DNA of 64,000 nucleotides from Oculina patagonica (Eukaryota): NCBI RefSeq assembly GCF_052425735.1, contig NC_135763.1, positions 3,472,001 to 3,536,000 of the forward strand, read 5' to 3'. Shown piece by piece: positions 51,958 to 64,000 of this stretch (position 1 is its first letter; each line of letters starts with the position of its first letter). The notes under the pieces were generated by a model. It saw only the letters and a program-made list of their open reading frames with translations, ran no database searches and was not told where the DNA came from. The position numbers and the translations under genes were made by a program.

Positions 51958-54900
51958 ACTGTGTATATTTACCCCCGTCCCCCACCACATTTCCATTTTG
52001 GCTTGCTTTAGGGTGTACCTAGAATATATTATTAATATAACGTTTGAAACGTCTGTCTCTGAGCCTAGTAGCTGTTCAGTAACGGCGCTTAACTCCATGC
52101 TATGAAGCGACTAGTAGCATAGCTATCCCCCTTGGATAGGGTCTAGCAAATTGCAGATTATCAATCTCTTTTTTTGCCAGGTTGCCTCAACAATTTCCCA
52201 GAACCCATTTATACTCTGAGTGGAGAGAGACACCGTGAGAGTAAACTGTCTGGCCTAAGAACACTACACGATATCAGTGGCCAAGGCACAAACCCTGGAC
52301 CTATGGATCCCGTGTCAGCTATTAAAGTAGCTGCTATCCCCCTGCCCCTCGCACATAAGATAATCGTTATTTTGTCTCTTGCCCGAACACACCTTCGCTT
52401 TGCTTCCTCTCATGGTGGGCGTTGGTGACCAGGATGGTCCAGATGATGGAGAAGGTTTAAACAGTTTACTTCGCTCTACTGAACTGCCCGGCACTTTTCC
52501 CTTTTCCTTCTTTTGTTGTGGCTTCTCTCCAGCTGTGGCTTTTTTGCCAGGTTTTTCTTTGCTATTCTTTGACGTTTTCTTAGCCGTGACACTTGCCTCA
52601 GTGCTTTTCTTAACGCTCTCCCTCCCGGCACTCTTCCTTGCACGTGCTATACTCTTAATACTCTGTAAACTTTCCGGGGGAGGTGTGTCTTCATCTTCGT
52701 CGTCTTCCTCTGCTTCCTCCTTGTCAGCTTGCAGTAAGTTAGCAACAGGCTGCAGGCTAAAACCGTGCCTTTCCACAGCTGGCTGCACATCATACCCTTG
52801 CTCACCCTCCGTGATCCCGGGCGAGCTATCGACAGCAGGCCTCAGGTCCAAGCCTCTCGCCTCTGCTACTGGCTGCAGACTGAAGCCAGCGACATCACCA
52901 GCTGGTTGCAGGTCAAATCCTCGACCCTCGGTGTGCGATGCTACAGCTGGCGTCAAATCAAGTCCTCGAGATTCCAACCTACCTGATGCAAGTCTTCTGT
53001 GTGTGTCATCAACAGAAGACTCAACCCTCAAGCCAATCTCCTGACTGTCAGTCGGCAAGGATCCTACAGGCTTCAACCCAAATCCTCTTTCGTCGTTTTC
53101 TGAGACAAATGAACTGAGCTTCCCTTGCCTGGTTTCCATGGTAACACTGTCATTAGTGGCACTCAAGTCATCAGTCACAATAACAGGTTGAAGATCAAAC
53201 CCCCGAGCACGTGTTTCACCTTGCTCGTTTTTCTCGATGACAATCTGTCCGTCACGTGACTAATCCATTCCTTGAATGACTGCAGCAGTAGGAGGGAGCT
53301 CGAAATTACCTGTAAAAAATATATATTTAGGATAAATCGACGACGCCTTTAAGAGACTGTGTCACGGATTTTAGCTAAATTTAGGCATGGGAAATGACCA
53401 TCAAGTTCGTTGAAATATAAAAATAACCTCTTTAAACAGTAAAGGAACATTTCAATAACACAACAAATACAAAAGAAACGGATTGCCATTCGGGTTTTTG
53501 CCGTGAAATACTTTTGGGCTGAACAGTTTTCAAAGTTAATCTTGTTTGCTTGTAACTTAAAATTATAACACCCGGGAGACACATTAGTTGCAGTGAAGCT
53601 ATGGTTTTGTCATAATGATCCATAGAAGTAATTTCTTTGCAAACATAAAGTTTCATAGCGAGTATTTGGCAAAACGTAATAAAATAAACTTATATAGCAT
53701 ACCATGAAAGCAATTCACCCGTTAAAAAAACACCCCCAAAAAACGTTCATACGAAAATAAGCTTTTCGAGCATGTTTATTTTCATGGAAATCAAACCCAC
53801 TTTTACAACTCTAATATAGAAAGTAATGCACCAAGCCATGGTTTAAAACAGACCTAAAGGTGACTATCCTTGTGAGTACCTGAGTATTTGGTGCCTGTAC
53901 CAGTAGCAGTTAGTTGAGCAGCTTGAAGCGCAGCCTGCAGTTCATGAATATCTCTTGTGCTTCCACTAGCTTCATAATCAGGTCCTGTTCCTAGCATGGA
54001 TGTTTGTCTTTCAGTGAACTTTGGACTTGGTTCTTCACCAGAAACTGAAACACACAATACCTTATTACGAAACGAAATTATCGCGACGTAAATTTTCGCG
54101 TTTAATACGATGACTTCAAACCGTGAAAATTTGACGTCCTGAAAAAAGACAGTCGCCGATTAATTCCAAAATTTTTTTTCACAAATTCGCGAAATTTAAA
54201 TGTCACCACCGGTACCCATTGACACTATTGACTGGGCCAGGTTGTTCAAGACACGATTAAGCAAATCCAGGTTTAGCGTGAATTTTGATTTCAATTTTTT
54301 AACGTTTCAGTAAGGTTTTCTGTTTATATTTTTACTGCCCTCCAGTTTTGGTGTCGACCAGTTTCAAACTCCACAAAATATAGGAAACAAAAAAACTTTT
54401 ATACAAGAGAAATTAAACCCTCGATCAACTTTAAAATCCTGGATTTAAAAGTGTTAATCACAGGCTTCCCAAGCTCAAAATTCGTCTTTTTGATGTGTTT
54501 TTGAGCCTTTCGGGCGGCCGACTCTACATACGTGGTGTATGCGACAGCTTGTGTATATAGAGAAATGTATGGGAAAATCACGGGTTCTCTAAAATCGGGT
54601 AAATAAATATATATTTTGAAATAAAGTTTACCTACCTCAAATGTGTCGCTTACTTGTGTCTTGTGCCGAATTTGGAGTCATTCCGACGCCATTTAGCGAA
54701 GTTATTCGAAGTCGTTGTCTCTCCTACTAAAAAGAAGGAAAGGCAGACCACTCCATCAATCGCTGGCCAGAGCTCACTCCACAAATCGCTCTCTCCTCAA
54801 AAGGAAAAGTCCCGGATCGCAATAAAACCAACAGTTCCATAAAGCCCAATAAATTTCACTCCACATACGTGTGCTTCGGCGGTCGAAAGACTCATAAAGA

Positions 54901-55004
54901 ACGAGAAATTTTACTTTAAATGCGCCTATTCGGCTTTCCAGATTTGCTTGTGATCGACCTCGCGCCAACGGTCGTTACTCAATCACAAGTATCTGGTTTC
55001 ATCC

Positions 55005-55160
55005 TCAACTCTGATTGGTCCATTAGAACCAAGTCACGCGCTGACAACACGACCTTCCACCGGAGGGAAAAGTACATTTTGTCACGAATCAAGTTTCACG
55101 CTAGGGCTCCCAAGGGATGTTTCTGAAAGCTGTATTGTTCGCTAGAGCCAATCACAGCCA
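55005..55160. promoter_or_regulatory. Candidate promoter region of the CEP162-like gene (CCAAT boxes)
   Basis: CTGATTGG near 55011 and AGCCAATC near 55146, upstream of an AAATGGCG start context at 54692. Confidence 0.35.
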
Positions 55161-55576
55161 TGTTTACATATGTCAGGGAAAAGCCGCGTAAAGATAAATC
55201 TGACACCTCCGCGTGCATAATAAAGCAAGATATTCGCGAACATTCAAAAGTTTCACTCTCGGTACCGTACTGGGAGAATAAAGGCCCTCGGTCCTTTCTG
55301 AGAAGGCGTCGCTGCGCTCGTTCGTACAGTCGAGACCTTTTTACAGCCCTGGAGCGCTCTCCTATTTTTTTTTTTATTTTTCGTGTTTTTTTTTTCGCCT
55401 TTTCCCCTCCACTGAAGGAACCTCTGCGGAGGTGAGAAAGGTGTATCCCCGACGAGAGTCACGTCCGGCAGAGATCTACCACAAAAATTCAATAAATTCA
55501 TACTGTGATCCGTGCAGTGTCTGTGATTGGCTGTTACTGTTACTGGCATGCAAACATTCAAAACCGAATAACAACT

Positions 55577-55970
55577 ATTCAGTTTATGTAGTGAGACTTC
55601 TTATTTTTTCATACACGAGGCACAAATCACACTTAACTTATTTTTTTTAACTTAAAAAAAGTTGAGACCAAGAGGATTCGAACCCGGGTCGCCGACGACC
55701 AGCTGCCAGAATCCCGATTTTTTTAGATAGAAATCCTAACCCTATTATAAAAGCTAACCGCAAGCAACCCACGCTAAAGTAGGCTAACCGAACGCTATTT
55801 AGGCTAACCGGAGTGCTATTTAGGCTAACTGAACGCTATTTAGGCTAACCGGAGTGCTATTTAGGCTAACCGCAGTGCTGTTTAGTCAGTAGTAGTCTAC
55901 ATAACTGAGTGTTACATGGTATAAATATGTCATGAGGCGTCTCGCCATTGCGTCACTACATCAACTGAGT
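55577..55970. mobile_element. TIR element with TAGGCTAACC repeats
   Basis: TCAGTTTATGTAGTGA / TCACTACATCAACTGA; absent at the paralogous site near 10900. Confidence 0.65.
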
Positions 55971-58254
55971 CCCATTCAGAAACAGTTACGTCATCAGTGA
56001 TAGAATCCCAGACGTCTCTCTGGACGGGGTAGAATAGATTGAAAGTGTTTCTTCAGTCTCTGAATTCTCAAGACCTGTTGGCTTGACTTTTATTAATATT
56101 TTGAGGAGAATTTGTATCTTGATCTTACAGGGCTCGAAGTGTCAGGTATTTAAATAAGAATCAAACTACTATTTTCGCTCTAGCTTAAGTTGTAAGCTGA
56201 ACAGGAGAGCATGAAGCAATCTAACAATATATTAACAACAAAAAGTACAAATAAATTGTTTACGTTTTTAAAATTCCTAAAATTGTAGGATTTCAGGCCA
56301 ACACTCGCTCTCTTTTTCTAAACTTCGTCTTCAGTTAACAATAATGACACAGGAAACCTTCAGCATTTTCAAACGACTGTCGTAGGCGTGAAAAAAATTG
56401 TACCCTATGCGTGCACTATTTACTACGTTTCTTTTCATTTTCACTCCAGCTTTTACGTTAATATACACACAGTAGGGTTAAAAGTAAAAATTCCTGACTC
56501 TAGGAAAAGCAAATAAATTCCCAGGAAGGCGTTGAATGAGCGGCAGACTGCGGTAACTTTATAGTCGTAAAAATCTATCGTTGATAACAATATTTTTTTT
56601 TTATCAAACATACGATTTCCCAAACGCAAAACACCGTGCCCGCTACAATAAATAACTGTCGTTAAATGTACAAATTTCAAGACTTGAAGTACGGAAAGTC
56701 TGGATCTCGCCGAAGTTCAAATGGAAACATATTTTTCTTTTTATGGCTCATAAATTAAAACATAATGTTCTCACGTTCGAACTTTCGAGCGTTGTCAAGT
56801 TTATAGACTAACCGTTTTAGAGGACAAAGGTAACCCTTCGGTAAGTTGACATACGGCTCTCAGAAAATCTTTATTGTGTTAACAACGTTTTTGTGCTAAC
56901 AGCTTATCGCTTTCTCATAGTCATGATAAAGAAGGTCGCAAACTGTAAAGCCTGGTTTTCACTAGCGACGCAAGCACAGGCGCAAGCACAAGTGCAAGGA
57001 TGGCAGCTCTTATTTCACCGCGAAAGCGGCTTTGAACAAGCGCATTGCATTTGGATGCTCGTCCTAAATTTGTCCCTTTTGCGTGATTTCGCTTGTCCTT
57101 GCGCTTGTGCTGTAACACGAGTTAACATTAACAAAGTGTGAAAGTTTTATGGAATTCTCAAACAAATCAGTAATCAATTCGTTGTATGTCGTAGGCATCT
57201 TTCCCGGTTATTATGATATAGAGAGAGCTGAGATTTCTAGGAGGCTAATCGAAGAGTCCGGGATAAAGGACTTGTAAAACTAATCTTATTTATTCTCGTA
57301 AGTGTTCTTCTTTCGGATCGTAACACAGAGGTTACTTAAACAAGTTTTGTTAGACCTTGTTAATTTGGAAACGAGTTTGACGGCGGGGGGATTCTGTAAT
57401 TAGCATTGGCGAGAATCCTCGTCCTGCCTTTTAACAAGAGAAAATAGCTTATAAGGGTTAAACATTTATGTCTTGGGGCGCTTTTTTCATATTTTTATAG
57501 CTGATACGTTCTTCTTATGGTTGTGTTTAGTGCAAGCCGCAAATAAACCAGCGTATTTTTAGAAAAGATTTTGTCTAGGACGTGGTTCTCGGCTGGTTAG
57601 TGTATATTATATGGGAGTCCACCTTCACCCCTTCCCCCCTCCCTTCGAGACCACGAGTATCATCACAATTTTTTTTTAGGAATAGCACAGTGATAGCAGG
57701 ATTAAGAGAAATTCATAGAAAACAGACCAACACAAGCAATTCCATTTATACCCTTGTTTTATTGACACCATATCAGTGTTGTTCTCCCATCAGTTACAAT
57801 TATCATCTACGACTTGTTTTGGCAGTCTTTGATCCGTTTCCTGATTGCTTCAAAGCTATCCATCTTTCTGTGAAGAACAAAATCAGTTCGTGTCATGACT
57901 CTCTGGAGTAAGAAAGGTTCCAAATAAATAAAAACTGAAGGAAAGGGAACTCCAAATACTAATTCTCCTTAGTACTGATCGGCCGGCATTTCTTTTGGCG
58001 CTATTTAAGAGAATTTGAAAGTACATCGAACATTCTGACTTGCGTGCGCGACAGTCACTAAATAACAAGGGATTCGCACCGATGTTCTGGAGAAATTGGT
58101 CTCTGTAAGGAAGCTAAGTTTCTCACTATTGAATCAATAAGCTTCACTTGACTAGATGTGATGAAGTATTCTGTTAATGGGAACTGCTAGCAACCTTCTT
58201 TACTCTGGTTATTAAACTGCTTTTAGAGAAAGCAAACTTACCGGTCACAGATTT

Positions 58255-59798
58255 CTAGTAGCAAGCACCACAGGCTTTAGGACAATGATGGATTACTGCG
58301 TACGGGTGGTCATGGCATTCTTGTTTCCGGTCCGGGCAGTCCCATGATTTGTCCTGGCAGGGAACTATATAAAAATTAAACATATCAAACCAAGACTAGC
58401 TAAGACAAGAAAACAGAGGTGGAAGAACGCTGCTTTTAACTCATGAGTTTTTCGGGAGACTGAACCTCACGGGCTTGTTCACCGACCTGTATTCTAGTAC
58501 ACAATCGTAAACAAAACCTTTCATAGCATTCCAATTTGATTCTAAGGTAAAACTTAGCCAAAGTCTACTTTTTACGCCTCAAGTGACAGTATATTGAATT
58601 GAATGTGAAAAAGGTAGATTATATATTGTCCTTGCTTACCGCAATCGACTCTACAGGAGATCGGGCATTCTCTTAACATGGCATACGGGTTACTTTGACA
58701 ATCACCACGATGTGCCAAGTCTGAACAGTCCCATCGCTGATCATAGCATACACCTAGTAAAGAATAAATCGTTCGCATCAGTGATATTAATGGTTTAATT
58801 TGTATTCTTCACGTCTTTATAACCAAAATTCTTAGCTCTAAACTGTGGATGTCAGCACAGTGTATGACTATAAGGAAACCAAGAATTCCAAATGACTGCT
58901 ACAACACTCACCCTGATAATTCAGTCCGATTTTTTTTTCTTTACCCAGCCATGGTGCAGTTTATAAATAATTATTTAAAGTGAGCCTCTTAGCTTTATTC
59001 TGAACTTAAGGCACGAACTGATAAATGCACGAACTGATAATAGAGCAGTTTTCAATTGAGTGTCGTAAAACCAAAAGCAAAGTAATTACTCTGGCCAATC
59101 ACAAAGGACACAGACAATCCAGTGAGCCAATCAAAACTCGAAGCAAATACATGTCGCAAGCACGAAGCGCCGAAAAACGTGCGCGAGCGAGTCACGATTG
59201 GTTTTGGTTTTAGTTCTGATTGGTTGAGAAAGTGGCGCGAGATTTTTAAACCAATCACTAAGCGTAGTAATGCAAAACCATAGCTAACGCAAATTACTTT
59301 CGACACTCAAATGAAAACTGCTCTACTGGGCTATCAGCAAAAATTCTTTTGTAGTTATATCTAGATTCTGTTGCTGTCGATAATAACTCTAAGATAAAGT
59401 TAAATTTAGGGTATAAAAATCATTATTCCTGTTCCTCTTCTGATTAATCCTTTTTGCAAAGCCACCAAGTTAGGAATCCATACCTGCACCTGTAAAAACA
59501 AACAAATAATAAAATAAGCTACAGAGAAAATAGAATTCATAATCTGATTCTTCTCGTATTTTTATGATAAAAAAACAAGTTATGCTTTTCTACAACTAAA
59601 TGTTATCGTTTTCGTTTTCTTTGCTGGTGTACGCGAGCGTGCGTGCGCGCGAGTTAGTGTGCGTGTGAGCGTGCGTGTTCGTGAGTGAGGTGAGTGTACG
59701 CGTGCTTGCGTGAACGCGCGCGCGTGTGTTTTGGTATACTTACAATATCCAATTCCGCACAGCACCACCAACAGAAAAATTCCACACTTGAAAGACAT
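58255..59798 (-). CDS. Secreted two-ShKT-domain peptide, copy C (94 aa)
   Basis: Exons 59744-59798 (MSFKCGIFLLVVLCGIGY), 59484-59489 (microexon), 58640-58753 (GVCYDQRWDCSDLAHRGDCQSNPYAMLRECPISCRVDC) and 58255-58364 (VPCQDKSWDCPDRKQECHDHPYAVIHHCPKACGACY*). 3'UTR exon from 57867; AATAAA at 57758-57763 (-). Confidence 0.9.
59041..59325. mobile_element. Same MITE family, in an intron of ShKT copy C
   Basis: The empty site in copy A (GATAA-TA-CTGGGC, ~14176-14188) shows a TA duplication. Confidence 0.9.
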
Positions 59799-60559
59799 GG
59801 CTAGCAAATGAAAAAAAAATAAGAAACAAAAACACAAGATAAGTTTCAGTAAGCTCTTGACGGTGAAGAGCTGAGATTCAATGGATTAGGCGCTTTAACT
59901 AGCGGAGGAAATTTCTTTAGCGAGAAGCTCTCAAGGAAGAGGAAGGAGGGGTAAAGCAAAGGAGAGGGACTCAACCCGGACAAAATGTTGTCGAAGGTCT
60001 TTTACCTAGTGCATGATACTCGAGCCGTTTCCTTAAATGAAAAGAGATCGAGACTGAAGGTGAGTAAAAGGAACGTCACCTACAACAATCGAGAATTGAG
60101 AATTAGGTACTGCGACTCACTTTGTCTTAACATTTCAGATATTGCGATACATAAGCTGTTAGCAACTCGGTCATTTTGGTATTTTGTACTTTGTGAAAGG
60201 CGTCTATAAAGGGAAATAGCTTCGTCCAGTCCTCATATTTGGTAACGGCTTATACTCCAAGAGGTACTACATCACACAGTCGTTATATCTTACAAACATA
60301 ATAAAAAACGTAATTACTTACTGCACTGCACTTTTCGTGTTCACTTACTTCTTTGATGAAACTCTTCGGCGACAAGTTAGACCTCCGTTAGTAGTTGGTT
60401 CTCTGTTGAGAATGGGATACGATCTTTGGCGTTCTCTCTTTTAAGGAGTCCTAATTAGAAAAATAAAACTGACAGTTTACATTTGTCAGTTCACAGCTGA
60501 CAAATGATCCATTAAGACAAAAACGATCACTAAGCATAGCTTTCTAAAGGGCCCTAAAA

Positions 60560-61135
60560 TAGCACATGGCTAATGGCGTTTCTCTATTAATGAGCAGAAC
60601 TTTCCACCGCTAGAATATTGCATAGAAACAGCGCATGCCTAGTGGCGTTTTTCTATTACTGAGGAGCAGAACTTTCCACCGCTAGAATATTGCATAGAAA
60701 CAGCGTATGCCTAGTGGCGTTTCTCTATTAATGAGCAGAACTTTCCACCGCTAGAATATTGCATAGAAACAGCGCATGCCTAGTGGCGTTTCTCTATTAC
60801 TGAGCAAAGCTTGCTAGCGCAGAATATTGCATAGAAACAGGTAATGTTTAGCGGCGTTTCTCTCTTATTGAACAGAACTTGCCAGCGCCAGAATGTTGGC
60901 GTTCATTTATTACAGCAGAGCTTGCTAGCAGAGCTTGCTAGCGCCAAAATATTGCATAGCAACGGCGCATGCCTAGTGGCGTTTCTCTATTACTGATGAG
61001 CAGAGCTTTATAGCGCCAAAATATTGCATAGCAACGGCGCATGCCTAGTGGCGTTTCTCTATTACTGATGAGCAGAGCTTTCTGGCGCCAAAATATTGCA
61101 TAGCAACAGCGCATGCCTAGTGGCGTTTCCTTATG
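60560..61135. repeat. 69-72-bp satellite, paralogous array upstream of ShKT copy C
   Basis: Same unit, ~8 copies, at the position homologous to the copy A array. Confidence 0.9.
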
Positions 61136-64000
61136 GAAGGGACAGTTTTCTAAATTTATTCGTTTTAAACAAAAGACGACAAAAGCTTCCTTTTGGGAGG
61201 ACAAGCAGATTTGTTTGTTATTACCTAGAAAATTGATATTTCAGTTCACGATGCGTTAAATTAAATTTAAGTTATTACAAAAAAAGAAAATTAAAAGCGT
61301 GTGACTGTGTAAATATTAGCTTACGAAGAAGCTAAAAGCGAAGTGGTCCAGAATTATAGGTGTCCGGGAATTATATAGACAGAGATACACTACATGTCTA
61401 CAAAACTATCTTTGAATATATTCGAAAACTACCAATGCATAATAATTATTATATTGTTTACTTCATACAGCAAAAACTGTTTCGAAGCTTATGTTAATTT
61501 GTTACACGAAACAAAAACCCCATAACAATCAAGGTACTAAAGAGCAAGTGACTACTGACAGACTTGCAGGCTCTGAAAGTTCTTTTACCCCAGAGAATAA
61601 ACTGCTTTATTGCCGTGCCACTTAAAACAAAAGCACTCCTCGAGTTCGCCGCGATCCACACTATGTTACGAAAGTAAGCTACGGCTTTGAATATTCATTT
61701 ACAAGGGATCTAATAAACGCAAAAAGAGTAGCGATATAATTTATGTTCAGGATCTTGTATTGCCGAAACGTCGCAAAAATTTCAACATCGTGATATTCAG
61801 TTTTGTCCAAAGTTCGCCGAATTTCTTTTAACTAATGCAACCCTGACTCACTTACATTTGGTACCACCTAAATAACATTTTACTGATACCTTGTCCTATA
61901 TCCGGCATCAAAATCATGTATGAAACCGGCGAATAAAAAGAGAAAACTGAACAGGACCTTGCGTTCAGGATTCAGAATTGCTGAAACATCGAAAGTCAGA
62001 ATAAACGCCTTTTATTTGACTCAACACAAAACGTTATAATGCGGTTCGCACACGTTGCGAGGAGAAATGGCCGCCAGAATTGGCAAGAACCATCGATGTC
62101 ATAGATCGTGTCCTTTAGGTCAGTAAACAACGTTATCGGTTCATATTTTATAAATACTGTTGAGTTTTGTTTGTTTAAGAACCATCGTCAGGTTTAACCA
62201 TCGTTCAACGGTGTCTTGACCCTCAGTTGGTGAACGGGTAGTAGTTATTTGCACTCAGTGATCAGTATTCCACTGTGTCCTGACTGTCTTAAAGCTCATC
62301 TAGCTATAGGTCGCTAGTTAGGAGCTCTATGTTTTCTGTATTTTAAATTAACGCGTCTGGGGAAAATGAAAACTGAGAAATTGAAAAGTCAAAGCGATGG
62401 AGAATAAGAACGAAATTGCTGGAAGACGTTTGCTGTATATAAGTGTTATTCTTTACCATTTCAATTTTGTGAACCATGGTTTTTAATTAGTCACAAAGAG
62501 CATTAAATAAAAGAGCTTTAATTTCAACAACGCTGCAAAGAGAAACGGAATAGCCAAAATATGTTGTGATAACTGTTACCAGCTTGTCTATATTTTACAC
62601 TCTACACACGAAGCTGAAGATTATAGCATTTGTCTACACAAAGACAGTGAAAAGAAACAACCTGAGCGCTACTGTATATTAATATTCTTAGCCTTTTTGA
62701 CTTTTATAAATGAATTAGTATTCACTTGTAAGTCCACAAGACAAGAACTTAGAAACGTTACGTACAGGAGATAATCTCACTTTTCTTTTCAACCAAAGTG
62801 CACGTAATAGTTTTTTTGTCACGTTTAGCCTGACCCTTGTATAGCTAGTGAAAATATGTGTATAATTTTATAAACAGGATTTCGACACGAAAAGAGGTCT
62901 TTTGTCGAGTCAAAGCCCTTCTGTCTGTTCGTGATACAAACTACAGGAATTGATTAAAAAGAAAAGGTACCTTTCCAGTGCTGATTTTGTCTTCCGTAAC
63001 ACGCGATGACAAAGATCGAAACTTGACTTGGCTCTGAACGTTTTATCAACCCAGAGGACGGACGCTTCAGTTGCGGTACGGTGCGAATTGAAACGAAAGC
63101 CCTCGTAGAAACTGCCACGATCTGCAGGTTACGAAACGAGGGTATGGATGTGAATAATCATTTTGCACGGGATCAAATAAATTAAGAATTTGCGATGCAA
63201 CGCAACAAAAAGGCCATCGATCATAGTAATGTAAAGAGAGTAACGTTGTAATTAAATTCGTGTTCAGGGTTAAGGACAAAATAAACGCTTTGATGACTAA
63301 ACAGAAAAAAGCCATGATGTGTTTCCATTCCTTAATGGCTGAAACACTTTTCAATAAATGTAACCGCATAACAAACAATCTTGGAACCATCGCTTGAGCT
63401 TATTTATCGTTTATTTGTACAAACCACATTATCGAGATGATATGCTATCGCATGATGTGACAATGTTACGATGTATGATAAATAATTTGTGTTTCCTTAA
63501 CGTTAAGTTGTTAATGAACGTTCGCGTCAGTGTTGAGGCTACATATACTCAGTGTTAATCTATTGTGTGCAGTCCTCATTTCCTTTGAATTAATCACTTG
63601 TGGTGTCACAAACATTGAGCTAATAAAACTGTCAGCGAGTAAAATTTTCCCATGCATATACTCCCACTCCAATAAAAAAATCAAGCACGACGGTGAATAT
63701 TTATTTATCATGTGCCAAAGTTAAACGTTTGCGATACAACGCAACAGAAAGGCCATCATAGTACTGTAAAAGAGAGTGGTGATTTAATTCAGTTAGTTTG
63801 TTCATGGTTTAGGATCCATGCACGAAGCATTTGAAAGAACCTTTATGATTAAACACAAAGCAAGCTATGATGTGTTCCCTTTCGATGTAAACACTGGTCG
63901 TGAAACGCTATTTATTCAAATTGCTGCAAGGCAAAAAATAGAACGTGTGGCTAAAACTGGGAAAGAACCATTGTTTCAAAATTATCGGATGATAATGAGT

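Larger units (their letters stand above)
45630..54692 (-). pseudogene. CEP162: CEP162-like centrosomal coiled-coil gene, apparently disrupted
   Basis: Exons 54636-54692 (candidate first exon), 53880-54044, 52393-53309, 51054-51557, 49709-49877, 48294-48560, 47436-47704, ~46190-46781 and 45630-45989. Motifs 'GYQQENERLY', 'LKWYAETQTLLDRD', 'IKRRYPNSLPALI' and '[30 protein letters not shown]' match CEP162 (from recall). In-frame TAG at 53260-53262; the penultimate exon has no good donor. Confidence 0.8.
55440..63700. repeat. Segmental duplication paralogous to ~10790-20268/25140 (ShKT copy A block)
   Basis: Colinear similarity through the downstream flank, introns, upstream region and satellite; further upstream the blocks are partly rearranged. 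Confidence 0.85.

Overview
Eukaryotic, intron-rich animal DNA, most likely a stony coral or another anthozoan. That assignment is inferred from the ShKT genes, Penelope/hammerhead elements and MITE/SINE families. Content: (1) the 3' part of a SASH1-like gene (+, about 175-9419). (2) Three paralogous minus-strand genes for small secreted two-ShKT-domain peptides (CDS 13431-14661, 27695-30221, 58255-59798). They share a 6-nt microexon and have hypervariable mature exons inside conserved introns. (3) A convergent pair of apparently decaying genes: an unannotated 5-exon single-pass membrane protein gene (+, 41748-45553) and a CEP162-like gene (-, 45630-54692) with nonsense codons and missing exons. 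(4) A 69-bp satellite upstream of two of the ShKT genes. (5) A 500-N gap flanked by a near-identical 4.2-kb duplicate, probably an assembly artefact. (6) Many MITEs (some nested), SINEs and Penelope-like fragments, one carrying a minimal hammerhead ribozyme. Exon structures were derived by hand from splice signals and phase. Family names come from recalled motifs, not database searches.
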